A stretch of 64,000 bases of DNA from an uncultured Actinomycetota bacterium (GTDB taxonomy: Bacteria; Actinomycetota; Actinomycetes; JACCUZ01): contig CAWHJC010000021.1 of NCBI GenBank assembly GCA_963829565.1, positions 217,835 to 281,834 on the forward strand, read 5' to 3'. The notes under the pieces were generated by a model. That model saw only the letters and a program-made list of their open reading frames with translations. It was not told the origin of the DNA and searched no databases. Below, piece by piece: positions 43,084 through 54,167 of the stretch (position 1 is the first letter of the stretch; every line of letters begins with the position of its first letter). Made by a program: the position numbers and the translations under genes.

Positions 43084-43512
43084 AGTGGGCGACCCGCCAG
43101 GGCGTGCACATCGACCGGGCCGCCTGCGCCTGGCTGATCCGCCGCCGCATCGACCCCGACGCCGACGTTCGTGTTCGTCGCCGACCCCGCCGACGTACCT
43201 GCCGATGCGACGCCGTTCGACATGCCGGGCGTCGACCTGTCCCACCACGGCGCCGACTGCACGTTCGAGACGCTGCTGCGCCGCCACGACCTGACCGACC
43301 CGGTCCTGTGGCGGATCGCCGCGCTCGTCCACGAGGCCGACGTCGACGACGGCCATTACGACGCGCCGGAGGCGCCCGGCTTCGACCTCGCCCTGCGCGC
43401 CCTGTCCATGGTCGAGACCGACGAGCGCGTCCTCGAGCTGACCGGGCCGCTGTTCGACGGGGTGCACGAGTTCTTCCGCCGCCAGCTCATGCTCGGCCGG
43501 GAGCCCGCATGA
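43080..43512 (+). CDS. chrB: Chromate resistance ChrB C-terminal domain protein (frameshift near 43168)
   Basis: MKWATR..HIDRAACAWLIRRRIDP, FDMPG..HHG..CTFE, VHEAD. Confidence 0.85.
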
Positions 43513-44928
43513 CGAACGACCAGCGGCCGACGCCGCCGAGCCCGCCGACGCGCAATCACACGCACGCCGACAGCGCGACGTCGTCCCGTTCCGCGACGCC
43601 GTACGCGCCTGGTTCCTCATCTCGCTGCAGACCTTCGGCGGACCTGCCGGTCAGATCGCCGTCATGCAGCGCACCCTGGTCGACGAACGCCGCTGGATCG
43701 GCCAGCGCCGGTTCCTCCACGCCCTGTCCTACTGCACGCTGCTGCCCGGCCCCGAGGCCCAGCAGCTCGCCATCTACGTCGGGTGGCTGCTCAACGGGGT
43801 CCGCGGCGGACTCGTCGCCGGCACCCTGTTCGTGCTGCCCGGCATGCTCGCCCTGCTCGCGCTGTCCGCCTTGTACGTCGGGGCCGGCGACACCACGCTG
43901 GTCACCGCGCTGTTCGCCGGACTCGCGCCGGCGGTGCTCGCCATCGTCGCGCAGGCCGTCGTCCGGGTCGCCGGCCGAGCACTCGGTCACCCGGCGCTGA
44001 TCGCGCTCGCGGTCGCCGCGTTCATCGCCCTGGCGGTGTTCGGGCTCCCGTTCCCCGTGGTCGTCGCGGCCAGCGCCGCAGTCGGCTGGGCGCTCGGCCG
44101 GTGGGCACCCGCCACCATGCACGACGCCAGCGGTCACGGCGCGAGCGACGACGGCCCGCCGCCTCTCATCCCCGACGACGCCCTGCACCGCGAGGCCCCA
44201 GCCGCACGCCATGCCGCCAAGGTGCTCGCCATCGGCCTGCTCGCCTGGGGCATCCCGCTCGCTGCAGTCGCCGCGCTCACCGGCCGGGACAGCGTCTTCA
44301 CCCAGCAGGGCCTGTTCTTCTCCGGTGCCGCGCTCGTCACGTTCGGCGGCGCGTACGCCGTGCTCGCCTACGTCGCGCAGAAGGCCGTCGAGGTGTACGG
44401 CTGGCTGGCGCCCGGCGAGATGGTCCGCGGCCTCGCCCTGGCCGAGACCACGCCCGGGCCCGCTCATCATGGTCGTGCAGTTCGTCGCGTTCCTCGGCGC
44501 CTACCGCGACCCGGGCAGCCTCAACCCGTGGGTCGCCGCCACCCTCGCCGCGCTCCTCGCCACCTGGGTCACGTTCGTGCCGTGCTTCGTGTTCATCTTC
44601 CTCGGCGCGCCGTACGTCGAACGGCTGCGCGGCAACCACGCCCTGTCCGCCGGCACTGACGGGCATCACCGCCGCCGTCGTCGGCGTCATCGCCAACCTC
44701 GCCCTGTACTTCGCCGTGCACACCCTGTTCGCCGACACCAACCGCACCTCCTGGGGCCCGGTCAGCCTCGACCTGCCGGAGCTCGACTCGCTGCGCCCCG
44801 TCGCGGCCGCCATCGGCGCCGTGGCGTTCGTGCTGCTCTTCCGCCTGAAGTGGTCCGTGCTGCGCACGATGGGAGCCTGCGCAGCCCTGGGCCTCCTCGC
44901 CGCGCTGGCCGGCGCCCCGCTGGACTGA
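43509..44928 (+). CDS. chrA: Chromate efflux transporter (several frameshifts)
   Basis: TFGGPAGQI, LLPGPEAQQLA, TFGGAYAVL, AETTPGP, ITAAVVGVI. Confidence 0.9.
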
Positions 44929-44964
44929 CGAGCATGTTGCGCCGCACCTGTCGGTGGCGCATCA

Positions 44965-44991
44965 TTAGCACTCGACCAGTCTGAGTGCCAG
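44965..44991 (+). promoter_or_regulatory. CIRCE element (HrcA operator)
   Basis: TTAGCACTC-N9-GAGTGCCAG, 18 nt upstream of the FmdB-family gene. Confidence 0.9.
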
Positions 44992-45009
44992 ATCGCCAGG
45001 AGGACGTCC

Positions 45010-45420
45010 GTGCCGACGTACCAGTACGCCTGCACCGAGTGCGGACACGGCTTCGAGACCGTCCAGTCCTTCACCGACGACTCCCTCACGGTGTGCCCAC
45101 AGTGCGGCGCCCGGCTGCGGAAGGTCTTCAACTCCGTCGGCATCGTCTTCAAGGGCTCCGGCTTCTACCGCACCGACAGCCGGGAGAAGCCATCCTCCGA
45201 GTCGGACGCCAAGGGCGCGGACGCCAAGGGCGACGCCAAGGGCTCCGACTCGACCGCTGCCAAGGACGGAAAGGCCGACAAGGCCGGCGCGAAGACCACG
45301 ATGTCCGAGCCGGCATCGAGCACCAGCGGCTCCGGGTCGAGCGGGTCCTCCGGTACGTCGGGCGGCGCCTCGTCCGGCTCGTCGACGAGCGGCGCGTCCA
45401 CAGCCGGCAGCGCCGCCTGA
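45010..45420 (+). CDS. FmdB-family zinc-ribbon protein (Rv0991c/Ruc-like chaperone)
   Basis: MPTYQYACTECG..CPQCG..FKGSGFYRTDSR plus a disordered Ser/Gly tail. Confidence 0.9.
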   Translation: MPTYQYACTECGHGFETVQSFTDDSLTVCPQCGARLRKVFNSVGIVFKGSGFYRTDSREKPSSESDAKGADAKGDAKGSDSTAAKDGKADKAGAKTTMSEPASSTSGSGSSGSSGTSGGASSGSSTSGASTAGSAA

Positions 45421-45475
45421 CCGCCGTTGTGGACGGCACCGGGGCGTCCCCGGTTCGCCGTTAGTCTCCTGCGCC

Positions 45476-46306
45476 ATGACGACCACCAGGCCGTACGCCG
45501 GTCCGCGCGCCGACATCGGTGTGATCGGGGGGTCCGGGCTCTACTCGCTCCTCGACGGCGAGACCGTCGAGGTCGACACCCCGTGGGGACCGCCCAGCGA
45601 CCCGCTGACCGTCGCGGAGGTCGCCGGCCGGCGGGTCGCGTTCGTCCCCCGGCACGGCCGCGACCACCGCTTCCCGCCGCACCGCGTCAACTACCGCGCC
45701 AACCTCTGGGCCCTGCGCGCGGTCGGAGTGCGCCAGGTGCTCGGCCCGTGCGCGGTCGGGTCGCTGCGGGCTGACCAGGGTCCGGGGACCGTGGTGGTGC
45801 CCGACCAGCTCGTCGACCGCACCTGGGGTCGCGGGCACACCTTCTACGACGAGCCGGGCGCCGTCGTGCACGTCGCGTTCGCCGACCCCTACTGCCCCAA
45901 CGGCCGCGACGTGGTGCTCACCGCCGGCCGTGACAGCGCGCTGCCGGTCGTCGACGGCGGGACGATCGTCGTCATCAACGGCCCGCGCTTCTCCAGCCGG
46001 GCCGAGTCGCTCTGGCACCAGGCACAGGGCTGGTCGGTGGTCGGCATGACCGCCGCGCCCGAGTCGGCACTCGCGCGCGAGCTGGCACTCTGCTTCACCT
46101 CGGTCGCGCTCGTCACCGACCTCGACGCCGGGCTCGAGCACGGTGAGGGCGTGACCCACGACGAGGTGCTGCGCGTCTTCGCGGAGAACATCGACACGGT
46201 CCGCGACCTGCTCGTCGACGCGGTGGGGCGGCTGCCCGGCCCCGACGAGGACTGCAGCTGCCGCCATGCCCTCGACGGGCAGAAGCTTCCCTTCGACCTG
46301 CCGTGA
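45476..46306 (+). CDS. mtnP: S-methyl-5'-thioadenosine phosphorylase
   Basis: IGVIGGSGLY, PRHG..H..PPHRVNYRAN, GPRFSSRAES, GMT, VTDLDAG. Confidence 0.92.
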   Translation: MTTTRPYAGPRADIGVIGGSGLYSLLDGETVEVDTPWGPPSDPLTVAEVAGRRVAFVPRHGRDHRFPPHRVNYRANLWALRAVGVRQVLGPCAVGSLRADQGPGTVVVPDQLVDRTWGRGHTFYDEPGAVVHVAFADPYCPNGRDVVLTAGRDSALPVVDGGTIVVINGPRFSSRAESLWHQAQGWSVVGMTAAPESALARELALCFTSVALVTDLDAGLEHGEGVTHDEVLRVFAENIDTVRDLLVDAVGRLPGPDEDCSCRHALDGQKLPFDLP

Positions 46307-46980
46307 TCCCAGGTGGTCGCGAGGCCGACCCGCTGGCGCGGTGGGTGCGCGACCTCGTCCGGGCCGGGCGCTGGCACCGACGGCTGCTCGCGGCCGGCCT
46401 GCTGGCGGGTGCCATGGCCATGGCTCTGCACAGCCTCGCGCCGCCTCCCCCACCATCGGTCGTCGTCGTGACCGCCGCGCGCGACGTGCCCGCCGGGTCC
46501 CGGCTGACCGAGGCAGACCTGACCGTGGCCCGGCTCACCCCGTCGTCCGTCCCGGTCGGCGCGGTCGAGCAGGTGGGCGAGGCGAGGGGACGGACTGTCG
46601 TGTCCGCCGTACGTCGTGGAGAGCCGTTGACCGACGTCCGGCTGGTCGGCGCCGCAGCCGTCGACGAGCTCGGCCAGGGCATGGTCGCCACGCCTGTGCG
46701 CATCGCCGACGGCGACTCGGTCGACCTCCTGCGACCCGGCGACGTGGTCGACGTGCTCGGTGCGGCGGGCGCAGTCGAGGCAGGAGGGTCTCTCAGAGCG
46801 GACGCCCGGCTGCTCGCGTCCGCGGTGCGGGTGGTCACGGTGCCCCGCCCATCGGGTCGCGGCTTCGCGGCCGGCGCCGACGGCGCGCTGGTGCTGCTGG
46901 CCACCACGTCGACCACTGCGGCCCGGCTGGCGGGGGCGGCCGTCACCGAGCGGCTGACCGTCGTGCTGCGCGGGCAGTGA
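46303..46980 (+). CDS. SAF domain / CpaB-like protein (Rv0990c-like)
   Basis: N-terminal TM, VVTAARDVPAG, GEPLT, LRPGDVVDV. Confidence 0.8.
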   Translation: MIPGGREADPLARWVRDLVRAGRWHRRLLAAGLLAGAMAMALHSLAPPPPPSVVVVTAARDVPAGSRLTEADLTVARLTPSSVPVGAVEQVGEARGRTVVSAVRRGEPLTDVRLVGAAAVDELGQGMVATPVRIADGDSVDLLRPGDVVDVLGAAGAVEAGGSLRADARLLASAVRVVTVPRPSGRGFAAGADGALVLLATTSTTAARLAGAAVTERLTVVLRGQ

Positions 46981-47134
46981 CCCCGGCAGCAGTGCCTCGA
47001 GCGCTGCAGACACGCCGCGGACGGACGGCGGCCGTTCGGCGTGTTCGCAGCGCTCGACGGCGGGATCGGGTCACCATCGACCCAGTGTCCCGAGTCTGGC
47101 ACGGTGGACTCCCCACCAACGTCGGGAGGACTAC

Positions 47135-47521
47135 GTGCTCAAGGGATTCAAGGACTTCCTGCTGCGGGGGAACGTCGTAGACCTCGCGGTCGCCTTCGTC
47201 CTCGGGGTCGCATTCGCCGGGGTCGTCGCCGCGTTCAGCACGGACTTCATCGGCGGGATCATCGGAGCCATCGGTGGCACCCCGGACTTCGGCACCGCCG
47301 GTTTCGAAGCGAACGACAGCAAGATCATCATCGGTTCGACGATCAACGCCTTGATCAACTTCGTGATCGTGGCGGCGGCCGTCTACTTCTTCGTGGTGGT
47401 CCCGGTCAACAAGCTGATGGAGCGACGCAAGCGCGGCGAGGAGCCCGAGGTGGCGGCCCCGAGCGAGGACATCCTGCTGCTCCAGGAGATCCGCGACCTG
47501 CTGCGCCAGCGGCCGCTCTGA
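47135..47521 (+). CDS. mscL: Large-conductance mechanosensitive channel
   Basis: MLKGFKDFLLRGNVVDLAVA, LLQEIRDLL. Confidence 0.95.
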   Translation: MLKGFKDFLLRGNVVDLAVAFVLGVAFAGVVAAFSTDFIGGIIGAIGGTPDFGTAGFEANDSKIIIGSTINALINFVIVAAAVYFFVVVPVNKLMERRKRGEEPEVAAPSEDILLLQEIRDLLRQRPL

Positions 47522-47537
47522 CCCGCCAGCCGTACGG

Positions 47538-47681
47538 TCACCAGTGCGGTGGCTTGTCCCGGATCAGACGCTCGTCGTCGCTGAGCTCGTCCTCGTCGTG
47601 GCGATCGCCCCAGCCGTTGTCGGTGTCGTCGGAGGTCTGCTCGGGTAGCACCTCGTCGTCGTGCCCCTGCCGTTCGCTCAC
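47538..47681 (-). CDS. 47-aa acidic small protein ending KPPHW
   Basis: VLPEQTSDDTDNGWGD..DDERLIRDKPPHW resembles a small actinobacterial protein family I recall near mscL. Confidence 0.65.
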   Translation of the reverse strand: MSERQGHDDEVLPEQTSDDTDNGWGDRHDEDELSDDERLIRDKPPHW

Positions 47682-47763
47682 CCGGCCAGCGTAAACCGGC
47701 CGAGGGCGAGCGGTCGGCCCGTCGTTACGATCCTGCGCACCCGAGCGAGACGAGGTCGTCACC

Positions 47764-48658
47764 GTGGCTGCTCCTCCCGTGGCGTTCCTGCGGTGGCTGG
47801 CGGGCCGCGTCGTGCAGCGGGTCGGCCTGGTCAGCCAGGAGGAGATGCAGCGCCGCCTGTCCAACCTGCGGACCCAGCGCGACGCCATCAGGGTCAAGCT
47901 GGACAAGGCGCTGGCCCGGCGCGACGCGCAGCGCGAGCGGGCCGACTCGTTGGGCGCCGAGCTCGAGCGGGTACGCGCCGAAGGTGCCATCGCGAGCGGC
48001 AGGGACCGTACCGACCTGTCGTACCTCTTCGTCGTCACCTACGGGCGGTCCGGGTCGACCTTGTTGCAGGGCATCCTCTCGTCGACGCCCGGCGTGATGA
48101 TCCGCGGCGAGAACGGCGGCGCGCTGGAGCACCTGTTCCGCTTCCACGACACGGTGCGCGGCCATCGCGACCGGCTGGCCCGCGACGAGCCGTTGCCGCC
48201 GAGCCACCCGTGGTGGGGCATCGACGGCTACCCCGACGAGACGGCGTCTGCGGGACCTGCGGATGCTGATGCTCGAGACGGTGCTGCGACCGGGCCCGGA
48301 CACCCGGGTGGTCGGCTGCAAGGAGATCACCTGGCTGCCGGGGCGGCTGCCGGAGCTGCTGGCCTTCGTCCGCGCGGTCTTCCCGGGCGCCCGGTTCGTG
48401 CTGAACACCCGCGACCTCGAGCAGGTCGCGACCAGCAAGTGGTGGGCCGGCCGCAGCGACGCGCTCGGCCAGCTGCAGGCGCTGGAGAAGGAGTACGTCG
48501 AGTCCCTCGACGCGCTGGGTGACGACGTCGTCTACCGCGTCCACTTCGACGACTACGTCAACGACCCGGCGGTGCTGCGCGGCCTGTTCGACTGGCTCGG
48601 CGAAGACTTCGACGAGAAGCGGATCAGGGCTGTGATGGCGGTCCAGCACTCCTACTAG
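47764..48658 (+). CDS. Sulfotransferase family protein with N-terminal coiled coil (frameshift near 48250)
   Basis: PAPS-binding loop YLFVVTYGRSGSTLLQGIL, GCKEI, FPGARFVLNTR. Confidence 0.8.
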
Positions 48659-48783
48659 GGCGGGTACGCCCGGTTCGTCCTGCTCCATCGGCATGACCTT
48701 TTCTTTACCTTCTGCAGTCCTGCGGCAGACGGAACCGATACAGGGACGGTCATCGCACCATCCGTTAGTCATTGGGGCTCGCC

Positions 48784-49428
48784 ATGAACACCACCGCTCG
48801 GCTGTCTCGCCGCGCCGCCGTCCTGATGGCGGTGCTGCCGCTCACCTTCCTCGGCACGTCCGCCCTGCCCGCCTCCGCGCAGTGGGACGAGGACGGCTAC
48901 TGCGAGGGCAAGGAGGTCACCAAGGTCGTGACCGACAAGACGGCGACGACCGTCACGCTGACCGGCGACGACGACGTCGTGCTCGTCAAGGACGCCGGAC
49001 ATGTGCTGTTCCTCGAGGGCGGCAACGACTACGTCTGCGGCTCGGACGGTGCCGACGTCGTGCACGGCGGTGACGGGGAGGACCGGCTCTACGGCAAGGG
49101 CGGCCCCGACTCGCTCTACGGCGAGGGCGGCCACGACAAGCTGATCGGTGACGAGGGCTACGACAAGCAGTACGGCGGGGAGGGCACCGACTGGATGTCC
49201 GGTGGTGTCGGCAAGGACACCCAGCAGGGCGGACCGGACGCCGACTACCTCTACGGCGACGGCCAGCCGGACGTCATGGACGGCAACGGCGGCGACGACC
49301 TCCTCGAGGGCGGCTACGGCAAGGACGACGTCAGCGGCGGCAACGGCGACGACTGCCTCAAGGGCGGCGACGGGGCCGACGACCTCGACGGCGAGGGCGG
49401 CAAGGACGAGGTTGTGCAGGAGAAGTAA
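48784..49428 (+). CDS. Secreted calcium-binding protein with hemolysin-type (RTX) nonapeptide repeats
   Basis: Signal peptide ending ASA; many GGxGxDxLx repeats. Confidence 0.88.
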   Translation: MNTTARLSRRAAVLMAVLPLTFLGTSALPASAQWDEDGYCEGKEVTKVVTDKTATTVTLTGDDDVVLVKDAGHVLFLEGGNDYVCGSDGADVVHGGDGEDRLYGKGGPDSLYGEGGHDKLIGDEGYDKQYGGEGTDWMSGGVGKDTQQGGPDADYLYGDGQPDVMDGNGGDDLLEGGYGKDDVSGGNGDDCLKGGDGADDLDGEGGKDEVVQEK

Positions 49429-49437
49429 GCGCGCCCG

Positions 49438-50340
49438 CTAGGTAGTCGTATAGGCGGCCGGGTCGGCGGCGAAGGCGCGCAGGCAGCCGCTCCCGCAGAA
49501 CCAGTGCCGGACGCCGTCGTGATCGAGGTGCAGGGACGCGTCCACCGCCGCGACCGACATCCCGCACACCGGGTCCGTCGCGGTAGCGGGGTCGGCGGCC
49601 GGCTCGGCGGCAACCGGGCGGCCCGACTCGCGGCGTCGGTGGGCGACGATCTCGGCGAGGATCGACAGGGCGACCTCCTCCGGCGTCTGCGCCCCGATGT
49701 CCAGACCGGCGGGGGTGCGGACGCGGGCCCGCGCAGCTTCATCGACGTCGAGCGAGGCGAGCACGGCCTCACCGCGCTTGCGGCTGGCAACCAACCCGAC
49801 GTACGGGACGCCGCTGGCCAGCGCCGCGGTCAGCGCGTGCTCCTCGTCCCGGCCGTGCGAGGCGACGACGACAGCGGCAGCGCCGGAGGGCGACCCGCCG
49901 GGGTCGCCGGCCACGACGTCGTAGCCGAGGCCGGCGCCGAGGCGGGCGAGGGCGGAAGCGATCGGGCTGTCGCCGTGGACCAGGACCAGGGGTGAGGGCA
50001 CGACCGGCTCCAGGAAGATCTCCAGCGTTCCGCCGGAGAGGCACGGGTTGTGGACGCTCAACGTGCCAGCCGGGTCGGCACGCCCGGGCTCCGGCGCCGG
50101 CGTGATGCGCAGCAGTAGCGGCTCCCCCGAGTCGAGCAGCGCGATGCCTTGCGCCCGCACCGTCGACTCCGCGCACGTCCCGCCGACGAAGCCCTCGATG
50201 GTGCCGTCGGCGAAGACGACCGCCTCGTCGCCCGGCTTGGCCGACGTGGGCCGCTCGGCGAGCACGACCCGGGCGTGCACGTAGGGCACCCGGTCGGCGC
50301 GCAACGCGGCGGCTCGGGCGGCGATCTCCGGACGGCTCAC
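49438..50340 (-). CDS. XdhC/CoxF family maturation factor with C-terminal YHS/TRASH domain
   Basis: GFVGGTCAE, NPCLSGG, PAGLDIGA..EEVALSILAE, DPVCGM..WFCGSGC. Confidence 0.88.
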   Translation of the reverse strand: MSRPEIAARAAALRADRVPYVHARVVLAERPTSAKPGDEAVVFADGTIEGFVGGTCAESTVRAQGIALLDSGEPLLLRITPAPEPGRADPAGTLSVHNPCLSGGTLEIFLEPVVPSPLVLVHGDSPIASALARLGAGLGYDVVAGDPGGSPSGAAAVVVASHGRDEEHALTAALASGVPYVGLVASRKRGEAVLASLDVDEAARARVRTPAGLDIGAQTPEEVALSILAEIVAHRRRESGRPVAAEPAADPATATDPVCGMSVAAVDASLHLDHDGVRHWFCGSGCLRAFAADPAAYTTT

Positions 50341-52723
50341 GTGACCGCGAGATCGGTGCGCATCGGTCGGCCCTGCATCGCCCGCCACACCTGGGCGGGC
50401 GTGAGAGGCATGTCGGCATGCCGGACGCCGTAGGGCTGCAGCGCGTCGATCACCGCGTTGACGACAGCCGGGGGCGAGCCAACGGTTGCCGACTCCCCCA
50501 CGCCCTTGGCTCCGATCGGGTGGTGCGGCGACGGGGTCACCGTCTCCCCCAGCTCCCAGCTCGGGCACTCCAACGATGTGGGCAGCAGGTAGTCCATGAA
50601 CGTGCCCGACACGCAGTTGCCGTCCTCGTCGAAGGCGATGGCCTGCATCAACGCCATGCCGACGCCGTCGGCGAGCCCGCCGTGCACCTGTCCCTCGACG
50701 ATCATCGGGTTGATCCGCGGGCCGCAGTCGTCGACGGCGATGAACCGACGGACCTTCACCTGGCCGGTGCCGGGGTCGACGTCGACGACGCAGACGTAGG
50801 CGCCGAACGGGTACGTCAGGTTGGGCGGGTCGTAGACGACCGACGCGTCGAGATGTCCTTCGACGCCCTCCGGCAGCTCGAGGTTGCCGTGGCTGAGCAT
50901 CGCGATCTCCTGGATCGTCTTGCCCTGGGTCGGGTCGCCCTTGACCTTCCACCTGCCGAGCTCCCACTCGAGGTCGTCGGGGCTGACCTCGAGGGCGGCG
51001 GCGGCGATCAGCCGCGCCTTCGCCTTGATCCGCTGGGAGACGACCGCGGCGGCCGCCCCTGACACCGGTGTGGAGCGGGAGCCGTAGGTGCCCAGGCCGA
51101 ACGGGGTGTTGTCGGTGTCGCCATGGATGACGTCGACGTCCTCGGGCGGCAGCCCGAGCTCGTGCGCCACGATCTGCGCGAACGTCGTCTCGTGGCCCTG
51201 GCCCTGTGTCTGTACGGAGATCCGGAGCTGTGCCTTGCCGGTCGGGTGCACCCGCAGCTCGCATCCGTCGGCCATGCCCAGCCCGAGGATGTCCATGTGC
51301 TTGCGCGGGCCGGCGCCGACCCCCTCGGTGAAGAACGCCAGGCCGATGCCCATCAGCTCACCGCGGGTCCGCTTCTCGGCCTGCTCGCGCCGCAGCTCGT
51401 CGTAACCGGCCATGTCGAGTGCGAGCCGCAGCGCGCGCGGGTAGTCGCCCGAGTCGTACTCCCAGCCGGTCTGCGAGGTGTAGGGGAACTGGTCGGGCTG
51501 GATGAGGTTCTTCATCCGCAGCTCGGCCGGGTCGATGTCGAGCTCGTCGGCGAGCAGGTCGACCATCCGCTCGACGAGGTAGACCGCTTCGGTGATGCGG
51601 AACGAGCAGGCGTACGCGACGCCGCCGGGAGCCTTGTTGGTGTAGACGCCGGTGACCTTGCAGTGGGCCGCCTGGAGGTCGTAGGACCCGGTGAAGATGT
51701 GGAAGAACCCGGCGGGGAACTTCGTGGGCTGCGCGGTCCCGTTGAAGGCGCCGTGGTCGGCGAGGACGTCCACCCGCAGGCCGAGGATGGTGCCGTCACG
51801 GGTCGCCGCGATCGACCCGGTCATGTGGTAGTCCCGGGCGAAGGCCGTGGACGTGAGGTGCTCGCTGCGGTCCTCGACCCACTTGACCGGCTTCTTGGTG
51901 ACGATCGAGGCGACGACCGCGCACACGTACCCGGGGTAGATGCCGACCTTGTTCCCGAAGCCGCCGCCGATGTCCGGCGAGATGATCTGGATCTTGTGCT
52001 CGGGGATGCCGGCGACGAGCGCGTAGACGGTGCGGTGGGCGTGCGGCGCCTGGTTGGTCGACCAGACCCGCAGCTTGCCGGTGACGGGGTCCATGTCGGC
52101 GACCGTCCCGCAGGTCTCCATCGGCGACGGGTGCACCCGCGGGTAGAGCATCTCCTGGGTCACGACGACCTCGGCCTTGGCGAAGACGTCGTCGGTCCGC
52201 TCCTTGTCGCCGGCCTCCCAGTCGAAGATGTGGTTGTCGGTCTTGCCCTCGATGTCGTCGCGGATGACGGGCGCGCTCTCGTCGAGCGCCTTCTTGGCGT
52301 CGATGACTGGCGGCAGGGGCTCGTAGTCCACCTCGATGAGGTCGAGCGCATCACGAGCGGCGTACTTGTCCTCCGCCACGACGAACGCGACCTCCTGACC
52401 CTGGAAGCGCACCTTGTCGGTGGCCAGCACGGCCTGGACGTCCATCGAGAGAGTCGGCATCCAGGCCAGCTTGAGCGACTCGAGCACCGCACCCGTGATG
52501 ACGGCCTTCACCTTCGGGTGCGCCTCGGCGGCGGACGTGTCGATCGACACGATCCGGGCATGCGCCATCGGGCTGCGCAGGATCGCGGCGTGCAGCATGC
52601 CGGGAAGCGTGACGTCGTCGAGGTAGTTGCCCCGGCCGCGCAGGAAACGCGCGTCCTCCTTGCGCAGCATGCGCCCGAATCCCATCGGGTTGCCGGCCGG
52701 GCTGGTCGGGACATCGGTGGCGG

Positions 52724-52727
<4 letters not shown>
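50337..52727 (-). CDS. coxL: Aerobic CO dehydrogenase large subunit, form I
   Basis: Active-site AYACSFR (AYxCSFR), RKEDARF, GGGFGNKV, GTYGSRS. Confidence 0.95.
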
Positions 52728-53236
<509 letters not shown>

Positions 53237-53237
53237 G

Positions 53238-54110
53238 TCAGCCTCTCCCTTCCGCGCGCCCGACGGACCGGCGCAGCGCTCGGACGGTCAGCTCCTGGGC
53301 GAGATGTCGCTTGTAGTCGACGGGGCCGCGCTGGTCAGGCTGGGGGTTGCAGGCCTCCGCGGCGAGCCGCCCCGCCTCGGTGAAGTGCTCCTCGGTGGCC
53401 GCCTTGCCGACGAGGAAGGCCTCGGCGTCGGGTGCGGTGAAGTGCTCGGCGCCGAGCGCAGTCAGCCCCAGTCCGACGTCGCGGATCGTGGCGGCTTCCA
53501 TCACGACGTACGCTCCGACGGCCGCCGTCGCCCAGTCGCCGGCCCGCCGCTTGACCTTCTCGTAGGCGCTGCCGCCCCCGGGGCGGATGGGGATGCGGAC
53601 CTCGGTGAGCATCTCCGCCGGGCCGACCGCTGTCTCGTAGGGGCCGGTGTGGAACTCGCGGGCCGGCACCCGGCGCTCGCCGGAGGAAGAGCGGATCACC
53701 ATCGTCGCCTTGAGGGCGGACCCGACGGCCGACAGGTCCTCGGCCGGGTCACCCTGGCAGAACGAGCCGCCGACGGTGCCCCAGAGACGGACCACCGGGT
53801 CGGCGATCAGCCGCTCGGCATCGTGCACGATCGCGAAGTGCTCACCGACGACGGCAGAGTCGAGCAACGTCGCGTGCCGGGTCAGCGCACCGACGAGCAG
53901 CTCGTCACCGTCGACCCGGATGTAGTCGAGGTCGCTCAGGTCGTTGATGTCGATGACGCACTCCGGCTGGGCGAGGCGCAGCCGCATCATCGGCAACAGG
54001 CTGTGCCCGCCGGCGATCAGCCGGGCGTCCTCCCCTCGCTCCTCGAGGAGGGCCAGCGCGTGCTCGACGCTCGTCGCACGGGCGTAGTCGACTGGTGCGG
54101 GTGTCTGCAT
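53238..54110 (-). CDS. coxM: CO dehydrogenase medium (FAD) subunit
   Basis: AGGHSLLPMM, IADPVVR..GTVGGS, coxMSL order. Confidence 0.92.
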   Translation of the reverse strand: MQTPAPVDYARATSVEHALALLEERGEDARLIAGGHSLLPMMRLRLAQPECVIDINDLSDLDYIRVDGDELLVGALTRHATLLDSAVVGEHFAIVHDAERLIADPVVRLWGTVGGSFCQGDPAEDLSAVGSALKATMVIRSSSGERRVPAREFHTGPYETAVGPAEMLTEVRIPIRPGGGSAYEKVKRRAGDWATAAVGAYVVMEAATIRDVGLGLTALGAEHFTAPDAEAFLVGKAATEEHFTEAGRLAAEACNPQPDQRGPVDYKRHLAQELTVRALRRSVGRAEGRG

Positions 54111-54167
54111 CCCCACACTCCTTCGTGCCGGGACCGGCCGCTGCCCTGCTGGAGCGGCCGCCGATCC

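Noticed and set aside
44965-45420. CIRCE on a non-GroE gene as a novelty
   Set aside because: HrcA control of the Rv0991c-type gene is already known in actinobacteria.
49020-49410. RTX toxin or DNA repeat array
   Set aside because: Short Sec/Tat-type secreted Ca-binding repeat protein with no toxin domain and no type I secretion genes.
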